Source: a virus
Strand: one strand, 5' to 3'
Length of the DNA: 64,000 nucleotides
Virus record (IMG/VR): IMGVR_UViG_3300042691_018174
Made by a program: the position numbers and the translations under genes. The notes beneath the pieces are model-generated. The model was not told where the DNA came from. It made no database searches and worked only from the letters and a program-made list of their open reading frames with translations. Positions 1-10,000 of this stretch are shown here, one piece after another; the first letter of the stretch is position 1; each line of letters opens with the position of its first letter.

Positions 1-1
1 G

Positions 2-157
2 GAAAGAGCATTTTTTGCCAAGCACAGTCAGTTCAGCGTGTTAAAAGGAATTAAAGATTCTGATAGCGCAGTACTAGCGGCAATTGATGCACATGAAGAT
101 GAAAGAGATAGTTTCCTTCAATCATTGGGATTTCCAGGCACAAGCATTTTAAATTAA
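2..157 (+). CDS. 3' end of hypothetical protein (truncated by window)
   Basis: Open frame from window edge to TAA at 155-157, which overlaps the AAGGA RBS of the next gene. Confidence 0.6.
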   Translation, partial: ERAFFAKHSQFSVLKGIKDSDSAVLAAIDAHEDERDSFLQSLGFPGTSILN

Positions 158-167
158 GGATAAAATA

Positions 168-2300
168 ATGTCTATAGATATCAGTAAACTAAAAAATCGC
201 TGGGTAGGTGTGTGGAATCCTACAGTGATATACAAAATTAATGATATTGTTCAATATAGAGGATCCAGTTACGTTTGTATTCAAGACATACCAGAAAGAT
301 ATGTGGTTGCAGGCGAAACAGGGGTCTCTACGAGCTTTTATACATACGTACCACCAACTGTGGTTTTAAAAACCATAGATCCCAAAGATTCTGATTACTG
401 GTTAGACATGGCTCCAGGAATGACCTATAGAAGAACTTGGGAACCAAGAACTTCATACAATGTAGGTGATATTGTAGAATTGGCTGGAGATTTGTATATT
501 TGTATTAAATCTAAGAACAGAAATTCATATGTAACAGATTCACAATATTGGACTAAAGTTTTTGAAAATGCTGACAGAGACCAAAGATATGTCTGCGCTG
601 ATCTTTGGAATCAACAGCCTTTAGGTTGGACTAGAAACAATGGAGACTCTCACTGGGGTTGCTCTGGTACTGCTTATATGTACGGATTTTTAGGATATGA
701 CGGCAACGTGAACATCGGCGGTATGCACTATCGAGGTGCAGGCACCGGATCAAGCGCCGCCAACGCAGCAGGTGCAGCTAATTGGTCTACACCGGGATTC
801 AGTTTTGTTGATTGGTTAAACAGTACACAAAATGGCGGATCTGGCAGATTAACTACACCTGATGGAGAAGCCCCAAAATGTATTCAATGGATACATCAAG
901 GCGGCGACACTACTGCGACCAGTGGAGGAAATTCATTATTTTTGATGAATAACGGCGAAGTATATTCCACCGGGTATAATGCTGTTGGGCAACTTGGTAT
1001 TGGCAACACAACAGAATGGTATCATCCTGTTAGAGTCAGTAATACTAAGTTAACTGATTGGAGAGGAAATACCATACCAAGAAATTTTGATGAAACAAAA
1101 ATGATCAAAGTAACAATGAGCGGTATCGGTTTTTGGAATAACGGATACAACTCTTGCTATGCACTAGGTGATGATGGAACTGTTTGGGTTTGGGGAAGAA
1201 ATGACAGAGGACAATTAGGATTAGGACCAGAAACTGGAACTACTGCTGGTTTAGGTTTGGCTAGAACAGATCAAACTCGTCCAGAAAGATTGCCACAATC
1301 ATTCTTTAATCATAGAAAGATTGTAGATATCATGTGCTGCGGTGGTAACAGCTCATTAGTTTTCGCTATAGATGACGAAGATTATCTTTGGGCATGGGGT
1401 ATCAGTATTAGAGGTGGCACTGGCCTAGCAGATACACATGCTGATACTGGGTATACATACGGTAAACAATTTACTCCACAACAAGTTAGTATTGATTGGA
1501 AGAGACACGGCGGTATTAAAAAAATCATGATGTCTAGTGATGGTGGAAACTACGAAAGAACTTGGATACTTGATGGAAATGGATTTTTGTGGTTCGCTGG
1601 GGAAAGATATGACAACGGTCTAAATCAAACAGCACAAGGAACTAACTCAGGCACTACCAGTATGCAGACCACAAAGTTTACTAGATTAGAGAGACATTGG
1701 TTTGGTGAACATAAAATTGAAAACTTCTGGGCACTGGATTCTAGAGATGGTAATATTATTCTAAGAGAAAAAGGCACTGGTTTAACATATAGTATGGGAG
1801 GTAATCAAGAAGGACAATTAGGATTAACTGTAAACCATAAGTACGCTGATAGTAGTTGGAATATCTTTCCTTCTTTAATACATGGTGTGCGCTATCTGAA
1901 AGAATGTATTAATTCTTCAAACACATATACTGACGCTACTACTACTATCATTGCATTGACTGATGACGGCGAAGTTTGGACACGTGGACTTAATACTCAC
2001 GGATCAGGATCGATTGGGTATAGTGGTTCAAGTTGGGTAGGTACAGGTGAAGCTGAATATGAAACAAGCTCTAATATTTGGCAAAGAGTATTATTGCCTC
2101 CAGGCGAATATTGCACAGCTATTGCAGCTTTTGGACCAACGTCTAGTGGAGATGGTGCTATGTATAGATTGAGTACTGGCGGCATAATGATTTGCGGAAC
2201 TGACGGCACTGCTATTAACCAACAGATGCAAGGACATATTCACTCTAGAACATTTAGTACAATATATCATTGGTATACAATGCATAGTTATCCAGGTTGA
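168..2300 (+). CDS. RCC1/BLIP-II-like repeat virion (tail-associated) protein with N-terminal CBM5/12-like repeats
   Basis: GxNxxGQLG repeats (GYNAVGQLG, GRNDRGQLG, GGNQEGQLG); two WxxxxxYxxxDIVxxxGxxYxC modules. Confidence 0.8.
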   Translation: MSIDISKLKNRWVGVWNPTVIYKINDIVQYRGSSYVCIQDIPERYVVAGETGVSTSFYTYVPPTVVLKTIDPKDSDYWLDMAPGMTYRRTWEPRTSYNVGDIVELAGDLYICIKSKNRNSYVTDSQYWTKVFENADRDQRYVCADLWNQQPLGWTRNNGDSHWGCSGTAYMYGFLGYDGNVNIGGMHYRGAGTGSSAANAAGAANWSTPGFSFVDWLNSTQNGGSGRLTTPDGEAPKCIQWIHQGGDTTATSGGNSLFLMNNGEVYSTGYNAVGQLGIGNTTEWYHPVRVSNTKLTDWRGNTIPRNFDETKMIKVTMSGIGFWNNGYNSCYALGDDGTVWVWGRNDRGQLGLGPETGTTAGLGLARTDQTRPERLPQSFFNHRKIVDIMCCGGNSSLVFAIDDEDYLWAWGISIRGGTGLADTHADTGYTYGKQFTPQQVSIDWKRHGGIKKIMMSSDGGNYERTWILDGNGFLWFAGERYDNGLNQTAQGTNSGTTSMQTTKFTRLERHWFGEHKIENFWALDSRDGNIILREKGTGLTYSMGGNQEGQLGLTVNHKYADSSWNIFPSLIHGVRYLKECINSSNTYTDATTTIIALTDDGEVWTRGLNTHGSGSIGYSGSSWVGTGEAEYETSSNIWQRVLLPPGEYCTAIAAFGPTSSGDGAMYRLSTGGIMICGTDGTAINQQMQGHIHSRTFSTIYHWYTMHSYPG

Positions 2301-2313
2301 TTAGGATTAATAA

Positions 2314-5300
2314 ATGTCAAATTTATCATGGTTGGGCAATGTAATAACCAGAGAAGAAGGTGCCATCAAAATCAAAGATGGCACCAATCTGGCTTTTACA
2401 GGCGTTGAGACACTAATAGTAGATGGCCCAGAATTAAATGTTTTACATGAGTTTAATACTGAGATATATTCAAGTGCGCATTATCTAATTAATGCGGAAT
2501 GCGGCATTGACCAAAGAGAAACACTTAATGTCACAGTAGTATCTAAATTCAATAAAGCATCTATTACCATATATGGAAGAATAAACACTGGCGTAAACTT
2601 AGTTGAAGTCAGTGCAGATATCACAGATGGCATTTTAAAAGTTTATGCATCATCTTCAGTACAAGGGTTACAAAATATAAGAGTCACAGCATTTGCTACT
2701 CTAGCAGAAACTATAGTATCAAATAATACAAGAGCAACTGTTTACTATTACACAGAAGTAAATGCTACTCCAAAATACCTACTCAATTCTGGCAATTATT
2801 CACAAAATTCTATAAGTCCTTCTCTGATTTTTTATAAGGGATTAACTTATAGATTTGATCAATCAGACAGCAGTAATGATCAAGATCCATTAATGATAGG
2901 TGAAACTGCAAATGATATTAATTCTGAATATGTTCTAGGAATTTCATATTACTTAGATTCTGCCAAAGTACTGCCATCTGAATATAGAACATTACAGAGA
3001 TTCCAAGCAGCAGATAAAAGATACGTTGAAATTACGGTCAGTGACACGTATCCTTCCCAACTTTTTTATTTTAGTAGATATAGGAGCGGATTAGGAGCAA
3101 CTATTACTGTGACTACTCTTAGTGATTCTGGAGTAGGTGGTTCTGGAAGTTCTGGAAGTGGTGGTAGTGGGAATGTGGATGGTGCTAATAAGGAATTAAG
3201 TAATCTTACAGTCACTGCAATTAATGCTTCTTTAATACCTAGTGTTGATTCTAGTATAGATCTAGGATCTCCATTTTTAAAGTGGAGAGATTTGTATCTT
3301 AGCGGAAATACGCTTTATTTAGGCGCTGCTAACATAACTGCTAATGGCAATGTAGTTAATCTACCTACAGGTTCTACCGTCGGCGGACAATTGATCCCAC
3401 AAGGTGGAACACAAAATGTTTTCTCTACAGTTAGAGTGTCAGGGCAATCTGATGTTGTTGCTGATTCTGTCACTGATGTATTAACACTAGTTGCCGGATC
3501 AAACATTACTTTAACTACAAATCCTGCAACAGATACTATTACTATTTCATCAACCGGAGGCGGTGGAGGAACAGCTAGTAATTCATTTAGCACTATTCAG
3601 ATTGCAGGACAAAGTCCTGTGACAGCAGATTCTTCAACAGATACATTGACATTGATAGCAGGTCCAAACATAGTATTGACTACTAATGAGTCAGGTGATG
3701 CTATAACTATTTCTGCATCATCGTCTGGCGGCGGCGCTAGTGGAGTTAGTTCAGGAACAGCAAACAGACTTGCTTATTATGCATCAAACGGTGCTATTAT
3801 TCAAGATAGCGGACCTAATTTAGAATGGAACGGGTCTTTTTTAAGTGTAAATGGTTACATTTATTCAACTGGAAGAAAAAATTACGTAAGATCCTATTGG
3901 GACACACTAGCTGATTTGAATATTGAAGCACCACCTAATCCTTGGCGAGGCATGATTGCATATGCTGGCGATACAGGTAAAGTATACTATGCACACGGTG
4001 GTGTTTGGAACAGGCTTGCAAATTTTTCAGATATACCTACTATCCCAAATAATTTTGGAAACATAGTAGTTAGCGGGCAAACTATAGTGAGTTCCGATGC
4101 TATCAATGATACATTAACATTGGTTGCGGGTGTAGGAATGAGTATTACAACTGACGCTGCAAACAATACAATTATTTTTACCAATACAGGAACAGGTGGT
4201 GGCACTGGTGGTGGCATCACAACTGAAGATGCACAAGATGCAGCCGCTACATTATTTTTAAACAGTAATCATACAGGAATCAGTTTTACATATGATGACG
4301 CTACTAATCAAATAGTCGCCGCAGTCAGTGCTCAGGCCGGAATTTATACAGATGAGCAAGCTGCCGATGCTGCCGCAGCATTGTTTACCACTGGTACACA
4401 CAGTGGATTGATATTTACTTACGACGACATCGCTAATAAAATGAATGTTAGTGTGTCACAAAATGATCTTCAAGATTACATACAAGATCAGGCAGCTGCA
4501 TTGTTAACTTCAGGTACACATTCAAATATCAGCTTTACGTATGATGATAATAATGCCAGAATAAATGCAGCAGTTTCTGTACCATCAAATTTTTCACAAC
4601 TATCCGATGTTACCACTGCAGGGATCACAGTTGATGAAATAGGATATCAAGCTAATACAGTATTAACAGTTACTAATACTGGAAATACTGCATATCTTTT
4701 TTCACAGTATACAGGAAATAATCCTACAATATATGTTACCGCAGGAGAAACTATTGCGTTTAAATTAAACGCTGGCGGTCATCCGTTTTTAATACAAACG
4801 AATACAGGCACTAATTTTGACAATGTCCTAGTACATGTAGCCACATCTGGATCAGTAAGTACTTTATCTTCTGCTCAAGGAAAAGATTCAGGAACATTAT
4901 ATTGGCAGATTCCTATTACAGAAAGAGGACTTTTTAAATACGCCTGCCAACTTCATAGTGGTTCAATGAACGGAACTATTGTGGTCATGCCGCAAAGATT
5001 TCATTATGTGTTAAACACTACTTGGAACACTGCAGGAACTATTAATATTAATGCGTCATATATTAGTAGATTAAATTTAACATTAGATACTGGCGGAAAT
5101 GTTTCTGGTTGGGCTTTTACTGGTATACCAGCTAGCGGAACAGAATACGAACTAAGATTATATATTTCAATAAATGGAGGAACTATTTCTAGTTGGCCTA
5201 CTGGAACTGTTTGGCCTTCTGGAGTCGCACCAACATTGACCACTGTATCGGGTAAAGTTGATATAATAAGTTTGATCACTATTAACGGTGGCACTGGTTG

Positions 5301-5331
5301 GATTGGATCTGTTATCGGTCAAAATTATTAA
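2314..5331 (+). CDS. tail-fibre-like virion structural protein with cupredoxin-like domains
   Basis: DTLTLVAG and FTYDD repeats, DLGS..KWRDLYLS motif, GHPF...YACQLHSGSM. Confidence 0.7.
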   Translation: MSNLSWLGNVITREEGAIKIKDGTNLAFTGVETLIVDGPELNVLHEFNTEIYSSAHYLINAECGIDQRETLNVTVVSKFNKASITIYGRINTGVNLVEVSADITDGILKVYASSSVQGLQNIRVTAFATLAETIVSNNTRATVYYYTEVNATPKYLLNSGNYSQNSISPSLIFYKGLTYRFDQSDSSNDQDPLMIGETANDINSEYVLGISYYLDSAKVLPSEYRTLQRFQAADKRYVEITVSDTYPSQLFYFSRYRSGLGATITVTTLSDSGVGGSGSSGSGGSGNVDGANKELSNLTVTAINASLIPSVDSSIDLGSPFLKWRDLYLSGNTLYLGAANITANGNVVNLPTGSTVGGQLIPQGGTQNVFSTVRVSGQSDVVADSVTDVLTLVAGSNITLTTNPATDTITISSTGGGGGTASNSFSTIQIAGQSPVTADSSTDTLTLIAGPNIVLTTNESGDAITISASSSGGGASGVSSGTANRLAYYASNGAIIQDSGPNLEWNGSFLSVNGYIYSTGRKNYVRSYWDTLADLNIEAPPNPWRGMIAYAGDTGKVYYAHGGVWNRLANFSDIPTIPNNFGNIVVSGQTIVSSDAINDTLTLVAGVGMSITTDAANNTIIFTNTGTGGGTGGGITTEDAQDAAATLFLNSNHTGISFTYDDATNQIVAAVSAQAGIYTDEQAADAAAALFTTGTHSGLIFTYDDIANKMNVSVSQNDLQDYIQDQAAALLTSGTHSNISFTYDDNNARINAAVSVPSNFSQLSDVTTAGITVDEIGYQANTVLTVTNTGNTAYLFSQYTGNNPTIYVTAGETIAFKLNAGGHPFLIQTNTGTNFDNVLVHVATSGSVSTLSSAQGKDSGTLYWQIPITERGLFKYACQLHSGSMNGTIVVMPQRFHYVLNTTWNTAGTININASYISRLNLTLDTGGNVSGWAFTGIPASGTEYELRLYISINGGTISSWPTGTVWPSGVAPTLTTVSGKVDIISLITINGGTGWIGSVIGQNY

Positions 5332-5332
5332 C

Positions 5333-6064
5333 ATGAATTTCCAACATAATCCAATATTTGATATTAGTAAAACAAATGCTGTACAAGTAGTTGCAGACGC
5401 GGGAACAGCAACATCATATTCTACAACTACTACATCTATAATAAATGATAGAGACACTGTAGTTTATTGTGTGACTATTATAAAAGATATATCTCTATTT
5501 ACAGGTGTTACTCTATCAGATCCTCAAGGATCTATTTTAACAGTATCTGCTGTTGGTACTGGAGCAACATTTACTGGAAAATTAACTAATATAATATTTG
5601 TTAAAAATTATTCAAGTTCAGGACTTGCAGTCGGATCTACTATTACAGTAAATTCTACCACAACTAACGGAAGTGGCCTTGGGTGGGTAGCCATTACTGC
5701 TTGTGTTTTAAGAGGTCCTGCTATTATTGCCAATCATCAAACAGTTAGTGCTCAAAATTTGCTTGCCAATACTGCGTATGGTGTAGGAAATTTGAGTTGG
5801 AATTCGGGAACTGTTGTTAGAGGTGACTACAAAAAGTCCACAGCAACTATACTTTTTTCAGCATCTAATGCAGCGCAATTTATTAATGGATTGAGCCCAT
5901 TAACAGGTGTTAGACAATTTGTTAATTCAGGAAATGCAGCAGTTTCACAAAGTATTTTTGGATGGCAATCACCACTGACTCCATTAGGAACTGTGGGGTA
6001 CGCTGCTTCTTGGAATGTTTTTACAGGTGCAGTTTTATTGACTATTTTACGATTAACTATATAA
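5333..6064 (+). CDS. hypothetical beta-rich structural protein
   Basis: ATG 2 nt after upstream stop; S/T/G-rich. Confidence 0.6.
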   Translation: MNFQHNPIFDISKTNAVQVVADAGTATSYSTTTTSIINDRDTVVYCVTIIKDISLFTGVTLSDPQGSILTVSAVGTGATFTGKLTNIIFVKNYSSSGLAVGSTITVNSTTTNGSGLGWVAITACVLRGPAIIANHQTVSAQNLLANTAYGVGNLSWNSGTVVRGDYKKSTATILFSASNAAQFINGLSPLTGVRQFVNSGNAAVSQSIFGWQSPLTPLGTVGYAASWNVFTGAVLLTILRLTI

Positions 6065-6073
6065 GAGAAAATC

Positions 6074-6292
6074 ATGACAGAAATATTACTAAAAGATATC
6101 AAAGATTTATCATTGAATAATAACAGTTCTCTTGATATGTCCAATGAACCCAGCTCCACTGCTATGGTAGCCTTGGACTCTACCAATGTCATAGATTTAT
6201 CATCAAGTTTAGTAAATTCAAACATTGTAGAACAGATTGAAACACAAAATTTAACGAGTTCAACACAGTCACTATCGATTGATTTAAGCTAA
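6074..6292 (+). CDS. hypothetical protein
   Basis: 72-aa ORF in operon. Confidence 0.5.
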   Translation: MTEILLKDIKDLSLNNNSSLDMSNEPSSTAMVALDSTNVIDLSSSLVNSNIVEQIETQNLTSSTQSLSIDLS

Positions 6293-6330
6293 TTTTTGAC
6301 TGATAAATAAAAAAGATAAAAGAAAATAAA

Positions 6331-7074
6331 ATGACTCAAGCAATTCTTAAACAATTTAGGGCTGAAGGCGGGTTTAAAACTAACCCTTCTAGTAATTTTG
6401 GCGAAATTTTTGGTACAAAATTAGACATAGATGGGGTAATGACCATTGATAATAATAGTATTGCTATTACCAATGCAAATCAAAATTTAAATTTGATAGT
6501 TACTGGTACTGGATCTGTATCTACAACTCGTTTAGTAGCTAATCAAATCACAGCATCAACAATTTCAGGTAATTTAACAGGCAATGTTACTGGCAATGTT
6601 ACTGGTAATTTAACAGGCAATGTTACTGGCAATGTTACTGGCAATGTCACAGGTGACATAATTTCTTCTGGAACATCTAGTTTTTCAAATGCGTTAATAT
6701 CTGGTGGAGTTATTAATGCTGTTCAGATAGGAACAACTAGTCCATCATCAGGAAGATTCACATCTTTAGAAGCTAATGAAATTACGGGTGCTATAGGAAA
6801 CGGAAGTAAAAATTCAGGAAGTTTTACTACACTGTCCGCAACAGGACAAATCACACTGTTGAGTAATGTAGAAAGTAATAATTTAACCAGCGGTGCACTG
6901 ATTCTATCTGGCGGAGTTGGCATCGCCAAAAACGTAAATATAGGTGGTAATGTAAATATTACAGGAACAGCAAGTGCTGCCAATCCGACCACAAATACAC
7001 ATTTAACTACAAAACTTTACGTAGATAGGCAAGATATAAAAAGTTTAGCGTATGCAGTGGCTTTTGGATTATAA
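6331..7074 (+). CDS. short tail-fibre-like protein
   Basis: GNVT/GNLT repeats, GALILSGGVGIAKN and TKLYVD motifs, C-terminal AYAVAFG. Confidence 0.7.
   Translation: MTQAILKQFRAEGGFKTNPSSNFGEIFGTKLDIDGVMTIDNNSIAITNANQNLNLIVTGTGSVSTTRLVANQITASTISGNLTGNVTGNVTGNLTGNVTGNVTGNVTGDIISSGTSSFSNALISGGVINAVQIGTTSPSSGRFTSLEANEITGAIGNGSKNSGSFTTLSATGQITLLSNVESNNLTSGALILSGGVGIAKNVNIGGNVNITGTASAANPTTNTHLTTKLYVDRQDIKSLAYAVAFGL
6568..6651 (+). repeat. 12-bp coding tandem repeat x7 (GNLT/GNVT)
   Basis: GGYAATKTWACW-type units read directly. Confidence 0.9.
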
Positions 7075-7085
7075 AAGGATTAATA

Positions 7086-10000
7086 ATGGCAAAGAAAAGA
7101 ATTAAAGAATATATTTTTGTACCAGGAAGATCGGCGTTAGATAATCTCTTTCCAAATGCCTATTCTTTAATCACTTCAAATAAAGAATTCATAAAAGATG
7201 AAGCTAGAGAATACATTGCCTATCGTGTAGTACAAGACACCGCAGTAAATTATTTTCCTGTAGCAGTTACATTATTACAATCTAATAGAAATTTTATTTT
7301 AGCAGAAATGTCTGCGTGGATAAGATTCCAAATTAGTAATAATATTTCTCCATTTGGTGGATATGAATATAATGATACACAAAAATCAAAATGTGAGAGA
7401 GATGTTGGATATTTGCTTGATGCATATGCTTATGACTTGAGATATGGTGGAAACGAAAAAACAATAGAAGTTAATCGTGAATTCTACATTAATGGGGTAG
7501 CTCAGTTATATCATATCCCACAAGAAGTTGCAACACACGAGTTTTTAACTGATTTAATATCTAACTATGTTTTAAAAAGTATTTTATATCCTACCAAACA
7601 GTCGCCAATAGTACAAACTCAAGTACTAGGGGTATCTGGTGAAACTTCAGCAATATCAAAAGCTGCAACATTATCTAATATTGCTAGAGATGTAATTGCA
7701 AATGGTCTAACTTCTTTACCAGCAGTTCAATTTAATCTAGCTTTTGCAAATTATACATACAATGCTGCTAAATGTGAAAGAGATGTTGGGTATGTTTTAA
7801 GTGCATATCTTTGGGATTTGAGATATGGCGGAAATAGAGATACTAGAAAAGTTTCAGAAAAATATTGGGTAGGCGATACTCCACAAGTGGACGGAAGCAG
7901 ACAACCTGAAATTGAAACGCATAATTTTATTAAAGAGTTAATTAATTCTTATATATTAACCAACACGCAATTTCCTTATAGACAGTCACCTGTAGCAACT
8001 ACACAGATAATTGATCCTTCTAAAACTTTAGAAGCAGGGTCAACAACTAAAATCATAGAATTATACGGCATACTGTCTGGCGTAATACAAAATGGATTGT
8101 CAGCACTACCGGCCTTAATAAGTGGTGTTGGTATTGCTTATATACAAGGCAAGTGGACACTAGATCAAATTCTTTTGATTACTAATGTTTCCAAAAATAT
8201 AATCATTTATAATTTTGCAGATCCAGGAGCAGGTAGTATATTGGCATATGCTGATCCCACTACTCCTGATGTTGACACTCAGATTGATTATGGATATACT
8301 GGCATTGTACTAAATTTTGATACATCAAATATGGATGTAGGTGATGATCTACAAATATTCGTAGAAGATTATCAAGAGCTCAAAGTTAGACCTTATGATT
8401 TTGGTACAGATGCAATTGAAAGACAGCGTGTGGCGAATGCTCAGTCCATGCTCGATGCTGACTTTGAGTATGGACTTCAGCCTACCAAATGGCAGGCATT
8501 GGCATTGGCTAGATCATATCCAGGCACATATGAAGTTCCAGGAACAGAACTCGCTGTAACAGCCGTAACGACCGATGCTTCTGCACCAACAGGATTTATA
8601 GGTCAGAGCTTAATAACTGTGACCACTGAAGGTGCTCACGGACTTTCGCCTGGCATAGCATTTACAATAAAAAGTTTAGATAGCACAGTAACTGGATTTA
8701 GTAGAGCTGAAGGAACTTTCTTATGTAATACTACTCCAACTTCTAATACATTTACATATTATTCTAAAGCAAAAGTTGGATCGACTTCAGGACAAAATTT
8801 AGTTCTATCTACTACAACATTTAAACGAGCAAAATTTTTTACTGGAGCAGCTATTGGCTCACCTACATTTAGTATATTTTCTCAAGGATCATCAGGAGAG
8901 TTTTCTCCTGCATTAGCGTCTCCTACAGGAACATTTTATATACCGTATACTGGATCAATTCCAGTAGTTAATGCACCTGTTATTGGTTCTGGATATATCA
9001 CTCCTGGTACTGTGATAACAGCAGTTAATGGAACAGGCTCGCCCAGTTCAGTTCAATATACCAATTTAGTAGGAACAAATATTGGTGGCATTGGTGTAGG
9101 AGCAACATTTAATATCAATAGAACTTCTGGAGTTTATATAGTAACAATAGCTACAGGTGGAACTGGCTATGCGATCGGTGATCAAATTATATTCTTTGGA
9201 GAAACATTAGATGGCGTAACTCCTGGCAACGATTGTTTAGTGCAGGTTGCAACTGTTGATTCAGGAACTGGCGAAATACTAACAATAACTTCTTCAGGAA
9301 CAGGTATTGCTTCTGGTGTAACAACATCAAATCAAGTGCAAATTACTGCACAAACAGGCACCACCGTAATAGAAATGAGCAGTACTTCTGGAATTATACC
9401 AGGACTAGCATTTAATCGAGGAGACGGCACACCAACAGTAGTAACTACTGTAGAAGGAAATACTATTAACATTAATAGGCCTTTAACAGCAAATATTGTG
9501 GGTTCTACAGCAACATTTCAAAACGTGTCGCCAGTGGATATAGTAGGTAGCGGCACTAACGCAACCTTTAATGTGACTAGAACAGGAACTGTATATTCTG
9601 CTACTGTAGCAAATCAAGGAACAAATTATCAAGCAGGTGATTCTTTAATAATTTTAGGTTCAAGTTTAGGAGGATCTAATGGATTACATGATCTAGTTAT
9701 AACTGTTAGTACAGTAAACGTGGGAGGAACTATTGCCACTTTTACAACTACGGGTACAGGATTGGACACTAATTCCTTTACTAATGTTGCTACATCCAAC
9801 ATAACTGGACAAGGTTCCGGTGCTACATTTAATGTTACAAGAAGCAATGATGCCTATTCAGTGGTTAATATTAACAGTACTGGTTTAGATTATGTCGATG
9901 GTGATATTATTAAGATTAATGGTTTAGCAGTTGGCGGAGCAGCCCTTACAAATGACATAACACTAACAGTAACGTCAGTCAGTGTCTTAGGCGCAATATT

